Positions 10,492 to 19,552 of a stretch of 64,000 nucleotides of DNA are shown piece by piece (the first letter of the stretch is position 1; each line of letters begins with the position of its first letter). The translations under genes were made by a program, and so were the position numbers. The notes below the pieces were generated by a model. The model saw nothing but the letters and a program-made list of their open reading frames with translations. It made no database searches and was not told the DNA's origin. This DNA is from Alphaproteobacteria bacterium (lineage in GTDB: Bacteria > Pseudomonadota > Alphaproteobacteria > GCA-2731375): positions 128,001-192,000 of the forward strand of contig CBDDBZ010000032.1 in assembly GCA_965225945.1 (NCBI GenBank). The letters run 5' to 3'.

Positions 10492-11981
10492 TGCTTCCGG
10501 CGTTTCTGGCCCTCGTGAGCGGCTGTGGTGGTGGTGGCAGCGATACCACCGCTTGCAATCTCGCGGCCGGGGCGGTCGGCGGCGTACCCGGTGGTTGCTT
10601 GGGTGCCGGCGGTGGTGGCGGCGGCGCCGTCGGCGTCGGCGTGGTCACTCCGGTGGCGTTGGCCGACGCGGCGTCGACGAACGAGGACAGCGCCCTGCTG
10701 TTGGAAGTTACCAACAACGACTCCAGTGGTACCGGTGACACGGTGATCGCAGCCGTCGGCGTGACGGTGTTCAGCGTTTCGGGGAGCGGCGGCGTCAATC
10801 CGACGAACGGCGTGGCGGTGATCACCGATGGCGCCGGCGGTCTCGTCACCTATACGCCGGATGCCGGGTTCACGGGCACGGATACGTTCAGCTATACGCT
10901 CCAGGACGCCAACGGCGCGACGGCGACGGCGCTGGTCACCGTCACCGTTTTGGCAGGTTTGAACCCGATCTCGGCGACGGGGACGTTGGAGGGTTTGACG
11001 GAGCGTGCGAGTTTCAGAACCACGTCGGCGGCCATCGGGGGACTCCCCTCCGAGTCCGCGCTTCTCACGCGGGACACGACCGACAGCCGCATCACGATTG
11101 GGCCCCTTGCCTACCCCAGCTTTGATTTCGACGTTCTGCTCGGAACGGGCGGCGGTCTCATAAACGCCGACGTCATCGCTACATATGTGGGCGGTTTCAG
11201 TGGCACTGACGGCACCTTGAACTATTGGTCGATCAACCTCGACGCCGCCTCGGTTGCCCATGGGGCTCTAGGTCCCATTCTAATTCCCTCGGCCCATCCC
11301 CATGCCCCCTTTGACGTCGACGATCCAGCTACGGCTTTCGTCGAAAACCTGCCCGCCAACTTCGCCGCGCAGAGTACCCATTTCACGCGGCTCGCCCTTA
11401 CCATTCCCGGACCGGAGGGAAGCACGCTCAGTTTCGCCGGCTATGGCCTTTGGGAGGTGGAAGGACCGAATGTCTTCGGTACGGGTTTTGTCGGTAGCGC
11501 TTTCTCCTTCGGCGTTCTGACGGCGGCGGGCGCCGTACCGACGACTGGTAATGCGATTTACAACGGAACCATGCGCGGATTGTTCAGCCCGACTCCTGGA
11601 ACAGCCCCCAATGCGCTGTCCACCCTGGCGGGGACGGCGACACTGACCGCCGACTTCGCCGCCCAAACGCTGGCGGCCAGCTTCACCGGCATTACCGCAA
11701 CCAGCAACTTTGGCCCGGTGGCCCGCGTAAATGGAGGACTCGCCGGTTCGTTCGTCGATATCAGCGCGACCGCCACCATAGCGAACAACGGCTTCACGGG
11801 CGTGGCGACGACGGTGGCGACGACGGGTGCCGCGATCGCTCCCCTCGCTAATGGCTTGCAGTTGATGGGCGAGATCGACGGCAACTTCTTCGGGCCGGCG
11901 GCGGAGGAAGCGGGCGGCGTCATTCGCTTGGGCAACCCCAGCGGAGCCCACATCGTCGGCGGCTTCGCGGGAACACGATAA
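10467..11981 (+). CDS. surface lipoprotein with an Ig-like (Big_9/cadherin-like) domain and a C-terminal TbpB-like beta-barrel; putative Slam/T11SS cargo
   Basis: Lipobox LVSG-C20 then GGGGS. Ig-like segment PVALADAASTNED..YTPDAGFTGTDTFSYTLQD..ATALVTVTV. Barrel motifs VPTTGNAIYNG, LTADFAAQTL, IDGNFFGPAAEEAGG and VGGFAGTR. Confidence 0.82.
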   Translation: MNRVMHYALLPAFLALVSGCGGGGSDTTACNLAAGAVGGVPGGCLGAGGGGGGAVGVGVVTPVALADAASTNEDSALLLEVTNNDSSGTGDTVIAAVGVTVFSVSGSGGVNPTNGVAVITDGAGGLVTYTPDAGFTGTDTFSYTLQDANGATATALVTVTVLAGLNPISATGTLEGLTERASFRTTSAAIGGLPSESALLTRDTTDSRITIGPLAYPSFDFDVLLGTGGGLINADVIATYVGGFSGTDGTLNYWSINLDAASVAHGALGPILIPSAHPHAPFDVDDPATAFVENLPANFAAQSTHFTRLALTIPGPEGSTLSFAGYGLWEVEGPNVFGTGFVGSAFSFGVLTAAGAVPTTGNAIYNGTMRGLFSPTPGTAPNALSTLAGTATLTADFAAQTLAASFTGITATSNFGPVARVNGGLAGSFVDISATATIANNGFTGVATTVATTGAAIAPLANGLQLMGEIDGNFFGPAAEEAGGVIRLGNPSGAHIVGGFAGTR

Positions 11982-12056
11982 GGCACGGGACAACCGCCTC
12001 GACCGCGAGGAAGGCTCTTGATACGATCCGATTGTCTCCGATCCGATTGTCGTTGA

Positions 12057-13439
12057 ATGCGTCTGCTCGCCGCCGTGCTGTCGGTCGTGATCGCCTCGAC
12101 GACGGCGTTCGCGGCCGAAGAGGCCGCGAAGCCCGTCGTCGTCGCCGCCACGGAGGCGACCGCGCCGCTCCATCCCGCCGACGCGGCGATGATCGAGAAG
12201 GCCAAGCAGCTCGTCGTCCAGCAGCGCTACGAGGACGCGCTCGCGCTCCTGGACCTGATCGAGCCCAAGACCACGTCGGCGACGATCGAGATCGAATTCC
12301 TGCGCGCGCAAAACGCGGAGTTGCGGCGTGACCTGGAAGCGGCCGTCCCGCACTACCGCAATATCCTGGCCGATCATCCCGAGCTGACGCGGGTCCGGCT
12401 GGAGCTGGCGCGCGTCCTTTTTAGGCTTGAGGACGACGGTGCCGCCCGCCACCATTTCGAGCTCGTTCTGGGCGCGAACCCACCGCCGGCCGTGCGCGAA
12501 AAAGTCGACCAATTTCTGACCGCCATACACAACCGGCGCCGGCTCAAGTTCAAGTTCGGCGCCTCCCTGGTGCCGGACACCAACATCAATTCGGCCACGG
12601 ATGCCAACAAGACCACCCTATTTGGCGTGCCCTTCAACCTCTCGGACGATGCCAGACGGTCCTCCGGCGTCGGCATTTCCTTGAACGGTGGCGTCGACTA
12701 CTCCCGACCGATCCATGAGGGCTCAATCTGGAGACCGGGGCCGCCGCCAATTATCTGGACTATTCCGGCGGCGCCTTCGACGATCTGAGTCTATCGGGCT
12801 ATCTCGGTGACCGGTATTATTTCGGCGCCAACGATATCGGTATCGCCGCGACCAGCTTCAGGCGCTGGTACGCGAATGACGGATACAGCCTCTCGCTCGG
12901 GGGCCGCGCCGACTTCGGCCATCGTTTCACGCCGCAATGGAGCGGACGTCTGCGGGTGAGCGGGCATAGCGTCGACTATGATGGATTTTCCGGCTCGAGC
13001 AGTGGCGTGAGAAGGACCGACCTCGATGGAAGCGTCTATCACTTCCAGGCGGAGGCGCATTACGCCGTCGACGCTCAATCGCAAATTAGTTTCCTCGGTG
13101 GCTCGATCTTGGAGGATACCGACGATCCGGCTTTTTCGAACATTTCGCCCTTCGTCGGCTTCGGCTATCAACGGAAATTCCCGTATCGGATCACCGCCGG
13201 CATTCAGCCGTTGCTGTTTTTCCGCCTCTTCGACGAGCCGCTCGGCGCGTTTGGGAAAACCCGCGAGGATGTTGCCCTCAGGGTCAAGACGACGTTGATC
13301 TATCGCACGGACCTATTCTCGGGGGGGGGGGGGTTTCGCGCCGACGGTCACCTACACCTACACCTACAACGATTCCAACATCGGGCTCTTTGATTACGTC
13401 CGCCATCGCCTCGAGCTCGGCCTCACCCGCGAGTTTTGA
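12057..13439 (+). pseudogene. Slam (surface lipoprotein assembly modulator; TPR + DUF560 barrel), two frameshifts as assembled
   Basis: Signal peptide, TPR RVRLELARVLF and VPDTNINSAT. The reading continues in another frame from about 12722 (LNLETGAAANYLDYSGGAFDD...). After the G13 tract it returns to the first frame: FAPTVTYTYTYNDSNIGLFDYVRHRLELGLTREF*, with terminal Phe. About 460 aa if repaired. Confidence 0.82.
13321..13333 (+). repeat. G13 homopolymer tract inside the Slam coding sequence
   Basis: 13 consecutive G. A length divisible by 3 is needed to join the barrel to its C-terminal strands. Confidence 0.95.
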
Positions 13440-13712
13440 GCCGCGCCTCGCGCGGCGTCGGCGGCGCGGCGCCGGTTGAAGCGCTCGTTCCCTTCCCGGG
13501 CATGGCGCGGCAGGTGCTTGGCGCGGGCCGTCAGTGGATCGTGGAGAAGAACGGTGAGCCCCGCGGATGGTGCCGTGGCACCGCGGGCCGGCCGGGAAGG
13601 TGGTGGTCTTCGCGTGGCCAAGCGGGATGGTGCGCGCACGGGCGCTTACCATCCGAGCCCTCGGCTGATAACGTTATCGGCGACCACCTTGGGAACCGCG
13701 AGGAGCGAGACC

Positions 13713-14639
13713 ATGTCGAAAGTCGATTCCGCCGACGACGGGCAAGCGGACGAACTGCCTTGGCAGTGGCAGGAACAGCGTTGGCGGGCGATCGTCGAGA
13801 AAGTGCGCGCCGGCCGCTCGTTGAAGCCGAAGGTCTGGAAGGACGGCGCGGCTTGTGCCGTCGCGCTCTCGTTCGATTCGGACCACGAGTCGACGACGCT
13901 CCGCTTCGGCCAGACCTCGCCCGGCAAGCTCAGCCAGGGCGAATACGGCTCCCGCGCGGCGATGCCCAGGATCCGCCGCCTGCTGGCCCGCCACGAGATT
14001 CGCGCCAGCTTCTTCGTGCCCGCGGTCGTCGCCAAGCTGCACCCGGAAGAGCAGCGGGCCCTCGTCGACGAGGGCCACGAGATCGCCATCCACGGCTGGA
14101 TCCACGAGTTCAACGGCACCCTACCGCCCGACGCCGAGCGCGACCTCCAGATGCGCGCGGCCGACGTGCTGGAAGAGATCTCCGGCCAGCGCCCCGTCGG
14201 CATCCGCACGCCGTCCTGGGACTTCAGCCAGCACACGCTGGCGATCAGCCGGGAGATGGGTTTGCTCTACGACAGCTCCCTCATGGCCGACGACGAGCCC
14301 TACGAGATCGTCGAAGACGGCGAGCCGACCGGCATGGTCGAGTTGCCGGTCGAATGGATCCGCGACGACGCGGTTTACTTCAACATGGATCGCGGGACGA
14401 CGCTCAGGCCCTACACCGCGCCCTCGGCGGTGCTGGAGATCTTCCGCGCCGAGTTCGACGGGGCCCATGGCGACGGCGGGCTGTTCCTGCTGACCATGCA
14501 CCCCCACATCATCGGCCACCGCTCGCGCCTGGCGCTGCTGGAGACTCTGATCGAGCACATCAAGGGCCACGAGGACGTCTGGTTCGCCACCCACGCCGAA
14601 ATCGCCGAATATTGCCTGGCCCACGGCGGGGAGTGCTAG
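13713..14639 (+). CDS. polysaccharide deacetylase family protein (CE4, PuuE/HP0310-like)
   Basis: ALSFDSD, SQGEYG, ASFFVPA, HEIAIHGWIHE, GIRTPSW, YDSSLM and LTMHPHIIGHRSR; AGGAG RBS before ATG 13713. Confidence 0.9.
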   Translation: MSKVDSADDGQADELPWQWQEQRWRAIVEKVRAGRSLKPKVWKDGAACAVALSFDSDHESTTLRFGQTSPGKLSQGEYGSRAAMPRIRRLLARHEIRASFFVPAVVAKLHPEEQRALVDEGHEIAIHGWIHEFNGTLPPDAERDLQMRAADVLEEISGQRPVGIRTPSWDFSQHTLAISREMGLLYDSSLMADDEPYEIVEDGEPTGMVELPVEWIRDDAVYFNMDRGTTLRPYTAPSAVLEIFRAEFDGAHGDGGLFLLTMHPHIIGHRSRLALLETLIEHIKGHEDVWFATHAEIAEYCLAHGGEC

Positions 14640-14674
14640 TGGATAGAATCCACTAAGTTCCCCGGCGTCCGTCG

Positions 14675-15364
14675 TCAGCCGTCGAGGATGATCCCGGTCA
14701 ACGCGTCGGGCGTGCTCAGCATCGGGTAGTGGCCGGTGTCGAGCTCGTGCCAGCTCGCACCGAGCGCCTCGGCCGAGCGCCGTTGGTGTGCCTCGCCCGG
14801 ATTGGCCGCCTGGCGGCAGTAGAGCACGGCGGCGTTCCACGCCATGGCCCAGAATCGCTCCAGCTCCACCGGTCTCGTGAAGCAGGCAATGGGGTGGAGC
14901 GTGATCCGGTCCACCGTCCAGGCGCGGAGATCGGGCTCCAGGTCCTTGAACAGGCGGCCCTCGGCGTCCGCCCGGTCGGGTCCGCGCGCGATGTCGGTCT
15001 CGATCGCCGCCGGACGGGCGACGATGTCGCGGATCTTCTCGCCGTGCCTCAACGCCAGCGCGTCGGCGAAAACCAGTCGGCTGACGCGTTCGGGCACCGT
15101 TTCGGCAACCTTCGCCATCACCATGCCGCCGCTGGACGTCCCGGCCAGCACCACCTCGTCGAGATCCTCGTAAAACAGCAGCTTGGCGACTTCCTCGGCC
15201 TGGGTCTCGGTCGTGATCCCGGGCCGAATCGAGGCCGAACGTTCACCGCAGCCGTCCAAGGTCGGCGTCAATACCCGGTGGCCGGCATCCCGCAGGCGGC
15301 GCGCCACTCCTCCCCAGATCCAGCCACCCTGATAGGCGCCGTGAAGCAGCACGAACGTCGTCAT
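14675..15364 (-). CDS. alpha/beta-fold hydrolase (esterase-like)
   Basis: FVLLHGAYQGGWIW, nucleophile elbow GTSSGG and C-terminal DTGHYPM. Confidence 0.9.
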   Translation of the reverse strand: MTTFVLLHGAYQGGWIWGGVARRLRDAGHRVLTPTLDGCGERSASIRPGITTETQAEEVAKLLFYEDLDEVVLAGTSSGGMVMAKVAETVPERVSRLVFADALALRHGEKIRDIVARPAAIETDIARGPDRADAEGRLFKDLEPDLRAWTVDRITLHPIACFTRPVELERFWAMAWNAAVLYCRQAANPGEAHQRRSAEALGASWHELDTGHYPMLSTPDALTGIILDG

Positions 15365-15409
15365 CGCCCGCCTCCTACTCTCGAAGAGGTTCGACCGAGG
15401 TGTCCGGCG

Positions 15410-15850
15410 TTACCACTTGCCGGTGTTTTCCATCGAGGCCCAGGGCTCGGCGGCGTCCCTGGGGCCGCCCTTCTGCAACAGCTCGATCGACACGTTGTCG
15501 GGCGAGCGGATGAAGGCCATGTAGCCGTCGCGCGGCGGACGGTTGATGGTGACGCCGTCGTCCATCAGCTTCTGGCAAGTGGCGTAGATGTCGTCGACCT
15601 CGAAGGCCAGGTGACCAAAGTTGCGGCCCTCGCCATAGTCCTCCGGATCCCAGTTGTAGGTGAGCTCCAGCAGCGGCGCCTTGCTGTCGCGCGCGGTCTC
15701 TTCGTCCGACGGCGCCGCGAGGAAGATGTTGGTGTAGCGGCCCTTCTCGCTCTCGGTCCGGCGCACCTCGACCATGCCCAACAAGCCGCAGTAGAAGCCC
15801 AGCGTGTCGTCGAGATTGGAGACACGCACCATGGTGTGCAGATATTTCAT
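15410..15850 (-). CDS. gloA: lactoylglutathione lyase / VOC-family glyoxalase I
   Basis: MKYLHTMVRV, LELTYNWD, RNFGHLAFEVDDIY and FIRSPDNVSIELLQ; GGAGGAG RBS. Confidence 0.85.
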   Translation of the reverse strand: MKYLHTMVRVSNLDDTLGFYCGLLGMVEVRRTESEKGRYTNIFLAAPSDEETARDSKAPLLELTYNWDPEDYGEGRNFGHLAFEVDDIYATCQKLMDDGVTINRPPRDGYMAFIRSPDNVSIELLQKGGPRDAAEPWASMENTGKW

Positions 15851-15918
15851 CGGAACTCCTCCCTGACCGTCGTCCGCTCGGAGATTGATAGCACGTCGTC
15901 GCGGCCCGGCAACCGCCC

Positions 15919-17574
15919 TCAGCCGAAGGGCCGGAGGTTGGAGATCGCCTGTTCCTCGCTGGTGATGAACTCCAGCAGCGCCGCCTGGCCGTTCTCGGTC
16001 GCGCGCCGGGCGCGCAGGATCGCCGGGCCGACCTCGGCCGGATCCTCCACCCGCTCCGCCCAACCTCCGAGCGCGCGGGCGATATCGGCATATTCGCCGC
16101 CGACGTCGCGGCTCCGGTAGCGCTCGTGGCTGCGCGCCATATGGGTGACCTCGACCGCCATGGTCGCGTTCTTCAGAACGATGGTACAGATTGGCAGGTT
16201 CATCCTGACTGCGGTCTCGAAGTCGAGCCCGGTCATGCCGAAGGCCGCATCGCCCATGAAGTTGACGCAGAACTTGTCGGGCGCCGCGAGCTTGGCGCCG
16301 ATGTTCAGGCCCAGGCCCGTGCCCAACTGGTGCGACTTGCCCCAGCCGAGATAACTGCGCGGCCCGTCGGACTGATAGAACGGCATGATCTCGTAGCGCG
16401 GGTTGCCGGAATCGTGGGTGACGATGGCTTCCGCCGGGGGCACGTTTCGCATCAGCTCCCAGATCACCCGGTAGGGGTTGATCGGCACCTCATCGGAGCT
16501 GAGCTTGGCCATCCATTCGGCGAGCCAAGCCTCGCGCGTCCGGGCGATCACGCCGGCGACGTCGCGCGCCTCGCGCGCCGGCCCCGCGCTCAGCAGATCC
16601 TCGGCGCACTCGATGAACTGCCGCAGCACCAACTTGGCGTCACCCAAGATCGGATGGTCGGCGGCGTAGCTCTTGTTGAGATCGATTTCGTCGTTGGTGG
16701 CGTGGATGATGGTCTTGCCGGGCGGGATCGGCGTCACCATGCCGTGCCGCGTCAGGCTGGTGCCGACGGCGAGTATCAGGTCGGCCTGGCTGAGGAAGAG
16801 GCGCACGGCATCGTTCATCACGCCGGAGCCGCTGCCGAGGGCCAAGGGATGGCGGCGCTCGGAAATCGCGCTCTTGCCCTCCATCGTCGTCATGACGGGA
16901 AGTTCGAGGGCTTCCGCCAGCGCTGCGAGCTCTTCCGTCGCCTCGGCGTAGAGGACGCCGGCGCCGGCGACGACGATCGGCCGCGCCGCCGCGAGAAGCG
17001 CGCGCGTCGCCGCCTCCACGTCCGCCGGATCCCCTTGGGCTCGGGTCGCGCGCACCGGCTCATAGGCCTCGACCTGGGCGTCGTCGATTTCGCAAGCGCC
17101 GACGTCCTGCGGCAGCTCCACCATGACCGGCCCGGGCCGTCCCGTCTTGAGGCGCGAGAGCGCGCGGCGCATCGCCGGCACCGTCCGCTCGGGCACCGAG
17201 ATCTGTTCCACCGACTTGGTCATCGATTCATAGCCCCGCGGCGCGCTGAAGAGGGGGAAGACCCCGTCACGCTCGCGCGGGTGGCCGAGCGGCAGCAGCA
17301 GCATCGGGGTCGAGTCTGAATAGGCGGTGGCGATGCCGGGATAGGCGTTCTCGGCGCCGGGCCCGTACTGCATGGCGAAGACCGAGGGCGGCTTGCCGTT
17401 GGTCACCCGCGCGAAGCCGTCGGCGATGCCGACGCCAACGCGTTCCTGCCGGCAGATCACCGGGCGGATGCCGATCGCCGCCGCCGATTCGATCAGCGGC
17501 GTCGTCGGATAGCAGCTCAGATGTTCCACTCCCTCTGCCTCGAGGATCTTGGCGATGGCGTCGACGACGAGCAT
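15919..17574 (-). CDS. thiamine-diphosphate-dependent enzyme (acetolactate synthase large-subunit-like)
   Basis: CRQERVGVGIADGFAR, QYGPGAEN, GRPGPVMVELP and ThDP motif MGDAAFGM...VLKN. Confidence 0.9.
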   Translation of the reverse strand: MLVVDAIAKILEAEGVEHLSCYPTTPLIESAAAIGIRPVICRQERVGVGIADGFARVTNGKPPSVFAMQYGPGAENAYPGIATAYSDSTPMLLLPLGHPRERDGVFPLFSAPRGYESMTKSVEQISVPERTVPAMRRALSRLKTGRPGPVMVELPQDVGACEIDDAQVEAYEPVRATRAQGDPADVEAATRALLAAARPIVVAGAGVLYAEATEELAALAEALELPVMTTMEGKSAISERRHPLALGSGSGVMNDAVRLFLSQADLILAVGTSLTRHGMVTPIPPGKTIIHATNDEIDLNKSYAADHPILGDAKLVLRQFIECAEDLLSAGPAREARDVAGVIARTREAWLAEWMAKLSSDEVPINPYRVIWELMRNVPPAEAIVTHDSGNPRYEIMPFYQSDGPRSYLGWGKSHQLGTGLGLNIGAKLAAPDKFCVNFMGDAAFGMTGLDFETAVRMNLPICTIVLKNATMAVEVTHMARSHERYRSRDVGGEYADIARALGGWAERVEDPAEVGPAILRARRATENGQAALLEFITSEEQAISNLRPFG

Positions 17575-17632
17575 GGCATTCTCCCTGGCGCCCGAATGGC
17601 GCGGTTGGACGCTGCCCCAAGTTCGAGCGCGC

Positions 17633-18778
17633 CTACGCGCGGCCGAAATCGTAGAGTTCGACCGCGTTGGCGCAGACCACGCGGTGGCGCGTCGCCTCGG
17701 GGAGATGGCCGAGCTCGGCCTCGATGAAATCTTGCGAATCGGGCCAGATCCCGTCGGGGTGCGGAAAATCGGAGCCCCACATCACGTTCTCGATGCCGAG
17801 CAAGTCCAGGAGCCGGGTGCCGACCTTGTCGCTTTGATAGGTCGCATGGCACTGGCGGTACCAGTAGTCCGACGGCTTCATGGTAAGCGTCAGGTCCTTG
17901 AACTGGTCCTCCCACTCCAGGTCCATGTGGTCGAGGACGTAGGGGATCCAGCCGATCCCCGCCTCGCCGATCACGACGCGCAGGTTCGACCACCGCTCCA
18001 GGATGCCGCCGAAGATCACCTCCATCAAGATCCGCGCCATCGCCATTTGGAAGCCGGAAATTTGCACCGCGAAGGACTGCCGCTCCTGCAAGGGCGCGAA
18101 ATCGGTCGTATCCGGCTTGGGCGTGCCGATGGTGTGGAAATGGACCGGCAGCCCGGTCTCGGCCGCCGCCTCCCAAAGCGGGTACCAGTCGGGATGGAAG
18201 AGCGGCAGCATGTCGTGGCTGTTGGAGACCTCGACGCCCCTGAGCACGCCACGATTCGCGACCCGGTGGACTTCTTCCACGGCCGCCGCGACATCGTGGT
18301 TGGGGAGCGAGGCGAGACCGGCGAAACGATCCGGCCGCGCCGAACAGAACTCGGCCAGCCATTCGTTGTAAATTCGCGTCATCTCCGCCGCCGCGTCCCC
18401 GTCGCCGAGCCGCATGCAGGCGCCGAGGATGCCGTAGAGCACCTCGCCCTGGATGCCGTCCAGATCCTGGTCCTTGACCCTGAGCTCGGGATCGGTGAGC
18501 CGACGGATCCCCTTCTTGCCGTCCTCGTAGAGACCCTGTTCCGCCATCCGGTCGGAGCGGTGGATGACGCCCGGCACATATTCCCGCCCGGCCGAGCCCA
18601 TGGCGTTCATCAAACCGAACTCGGCGCCGTTATTGGCGACCCACTTCGGCCCCTTCTCGCCGTCGACGACATGTGGCATGCGATCGCGCAAGCCGGTCGA
18701 GGCATTCTCGGTGAAGAGTTTCGGCGGCAGCCAGATCAAGTCGATATGACAGTCGGCCGAGATGACCTTGTATTCCAC
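17633..18778 (-). CDS. amidohydrolase-2 family protein
   Basis: ISADCHI, YNEWLAEFC, LPVHFH, EAGIGWIP and MWGSDFPHPD. Confidence 0.88.
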   Translation of the reverse strand: MEYKVISADCHIDLIWLPPKLFTENASTGLRDRMPHVVDGEKGPKWVANNGAEFGLMNAMGSAGREYVPGVIHRSDRMAEQGLYEDGKKGIRRLTDPELRVKDQDLDGIQGEVLYGILGACMRLGDGDAAAEMTRIYNEWLAEFCSARPDRFAGLASLPNHDVAAAVEEVHRVANRGVLRGVEVSNSHDMLPLFHPDWYPLWEAAAETGLPVHFHTIGTPKPDTTDFAPLQERQSFAVQISGFQMAMARILMEVIFGGILERWSNLRVVIGEAGIGWIPYVLDHMDLEWEDQFKDLTLTMKPSDYWYRQCHATYQSDKVGTRLLDLLGIENVMWGSDFPHPDGIWPDSQDFIEAELGHLPEATRHRVVCANAVELYDFGRA

Positions 18779-18942
18779 GGGTTCTCCCCCCTTTCCTCAT
18801 GCTCGCCCGCGATCCTAGAAAGTCCGGGCGGTCGAGGCAACGGCGCCACCGCCCTCGCCATCATCCTCGGCTTTGACAGTCTTCCGCAAACCGGCTGTAC
18901 TCGGCGCCACTCGGACAAAGCCGAGGAAGACGGGGGGAGATA

Positions 18943-19443
18943 ATGAGTGGTTTGACGCTGAGCAGCCAGAGCTTCGCCGACGGCGATTATCTCGCCAACG
19001 ATCACGTCCTGTCGGAGGCCTATGGCTTCGGCTGCGCGGGCGGCAACCTTTCGCCGCAATTCTCCTGGAGCGGCGCGCCGGACGGCACCAAGAGCTTCGC
19101 GCTGACCTGCTTCGATCCCGACGCGCCGACGGGGAGCGGCTTTTGGCATTGGGTCGTGGTCAACATCCCGGCCGACGTCACCTCGCTCGATCTGGGCGCG
19201 GGCGATCCCACCTCCGCCAAGTTGCCGTCGGGGGCGCTCGCGGTCAGGACCGATTTCGGCGCGCCCGGCTACGGCGGCCCTTGCCCGCCGGAGGGCGACC
19301 ATCCGCACCGCTATCTTTTTACGCTGCACGCGGTCGCTCTGGAGGCGCTGCCATTCGAGCCACCTTCGCCGGCGGTCGCCGGTTTCCTTCTCCACTTCAA
19401 CACGTTGGCGAAGGCGAGCCTGATGGGCCTCTACAAGCGCTAA
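18943..19443 (+). CDS. YbhB/YbcL (PEBP/Raf kinase inhibitor-like) protein
   Basis: GGNLSP, DPDAPTGSGFWHW and YGGPCPP..HRYLFT. Confidence 0.92.
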   Translation: MSGLTLSSQSFADGDYLANDHVLSEAYGFGCAGGNLSPQFSWSGAPDGTKSFALTCFDPDAPTGSGFWHWVVVNIPADVTSLDLGAGDPTSAKLPSGALAVRTDFGAPGYGGPCPPEGDHPHRYLFTLHAVALEALPFEPPSPAVAGFLLHFNTLAKASLMGLYKR

Positions 19444-19552
19444 ACCTCATGTCCGCCCACGCGACGTAATGAGGCGACACGTTACGTTTACACTCCGAGC
19501 CTATCATGGTGTATCCTTCGGGACAGATTGAATCCGACGCAAGGATCGCCCA

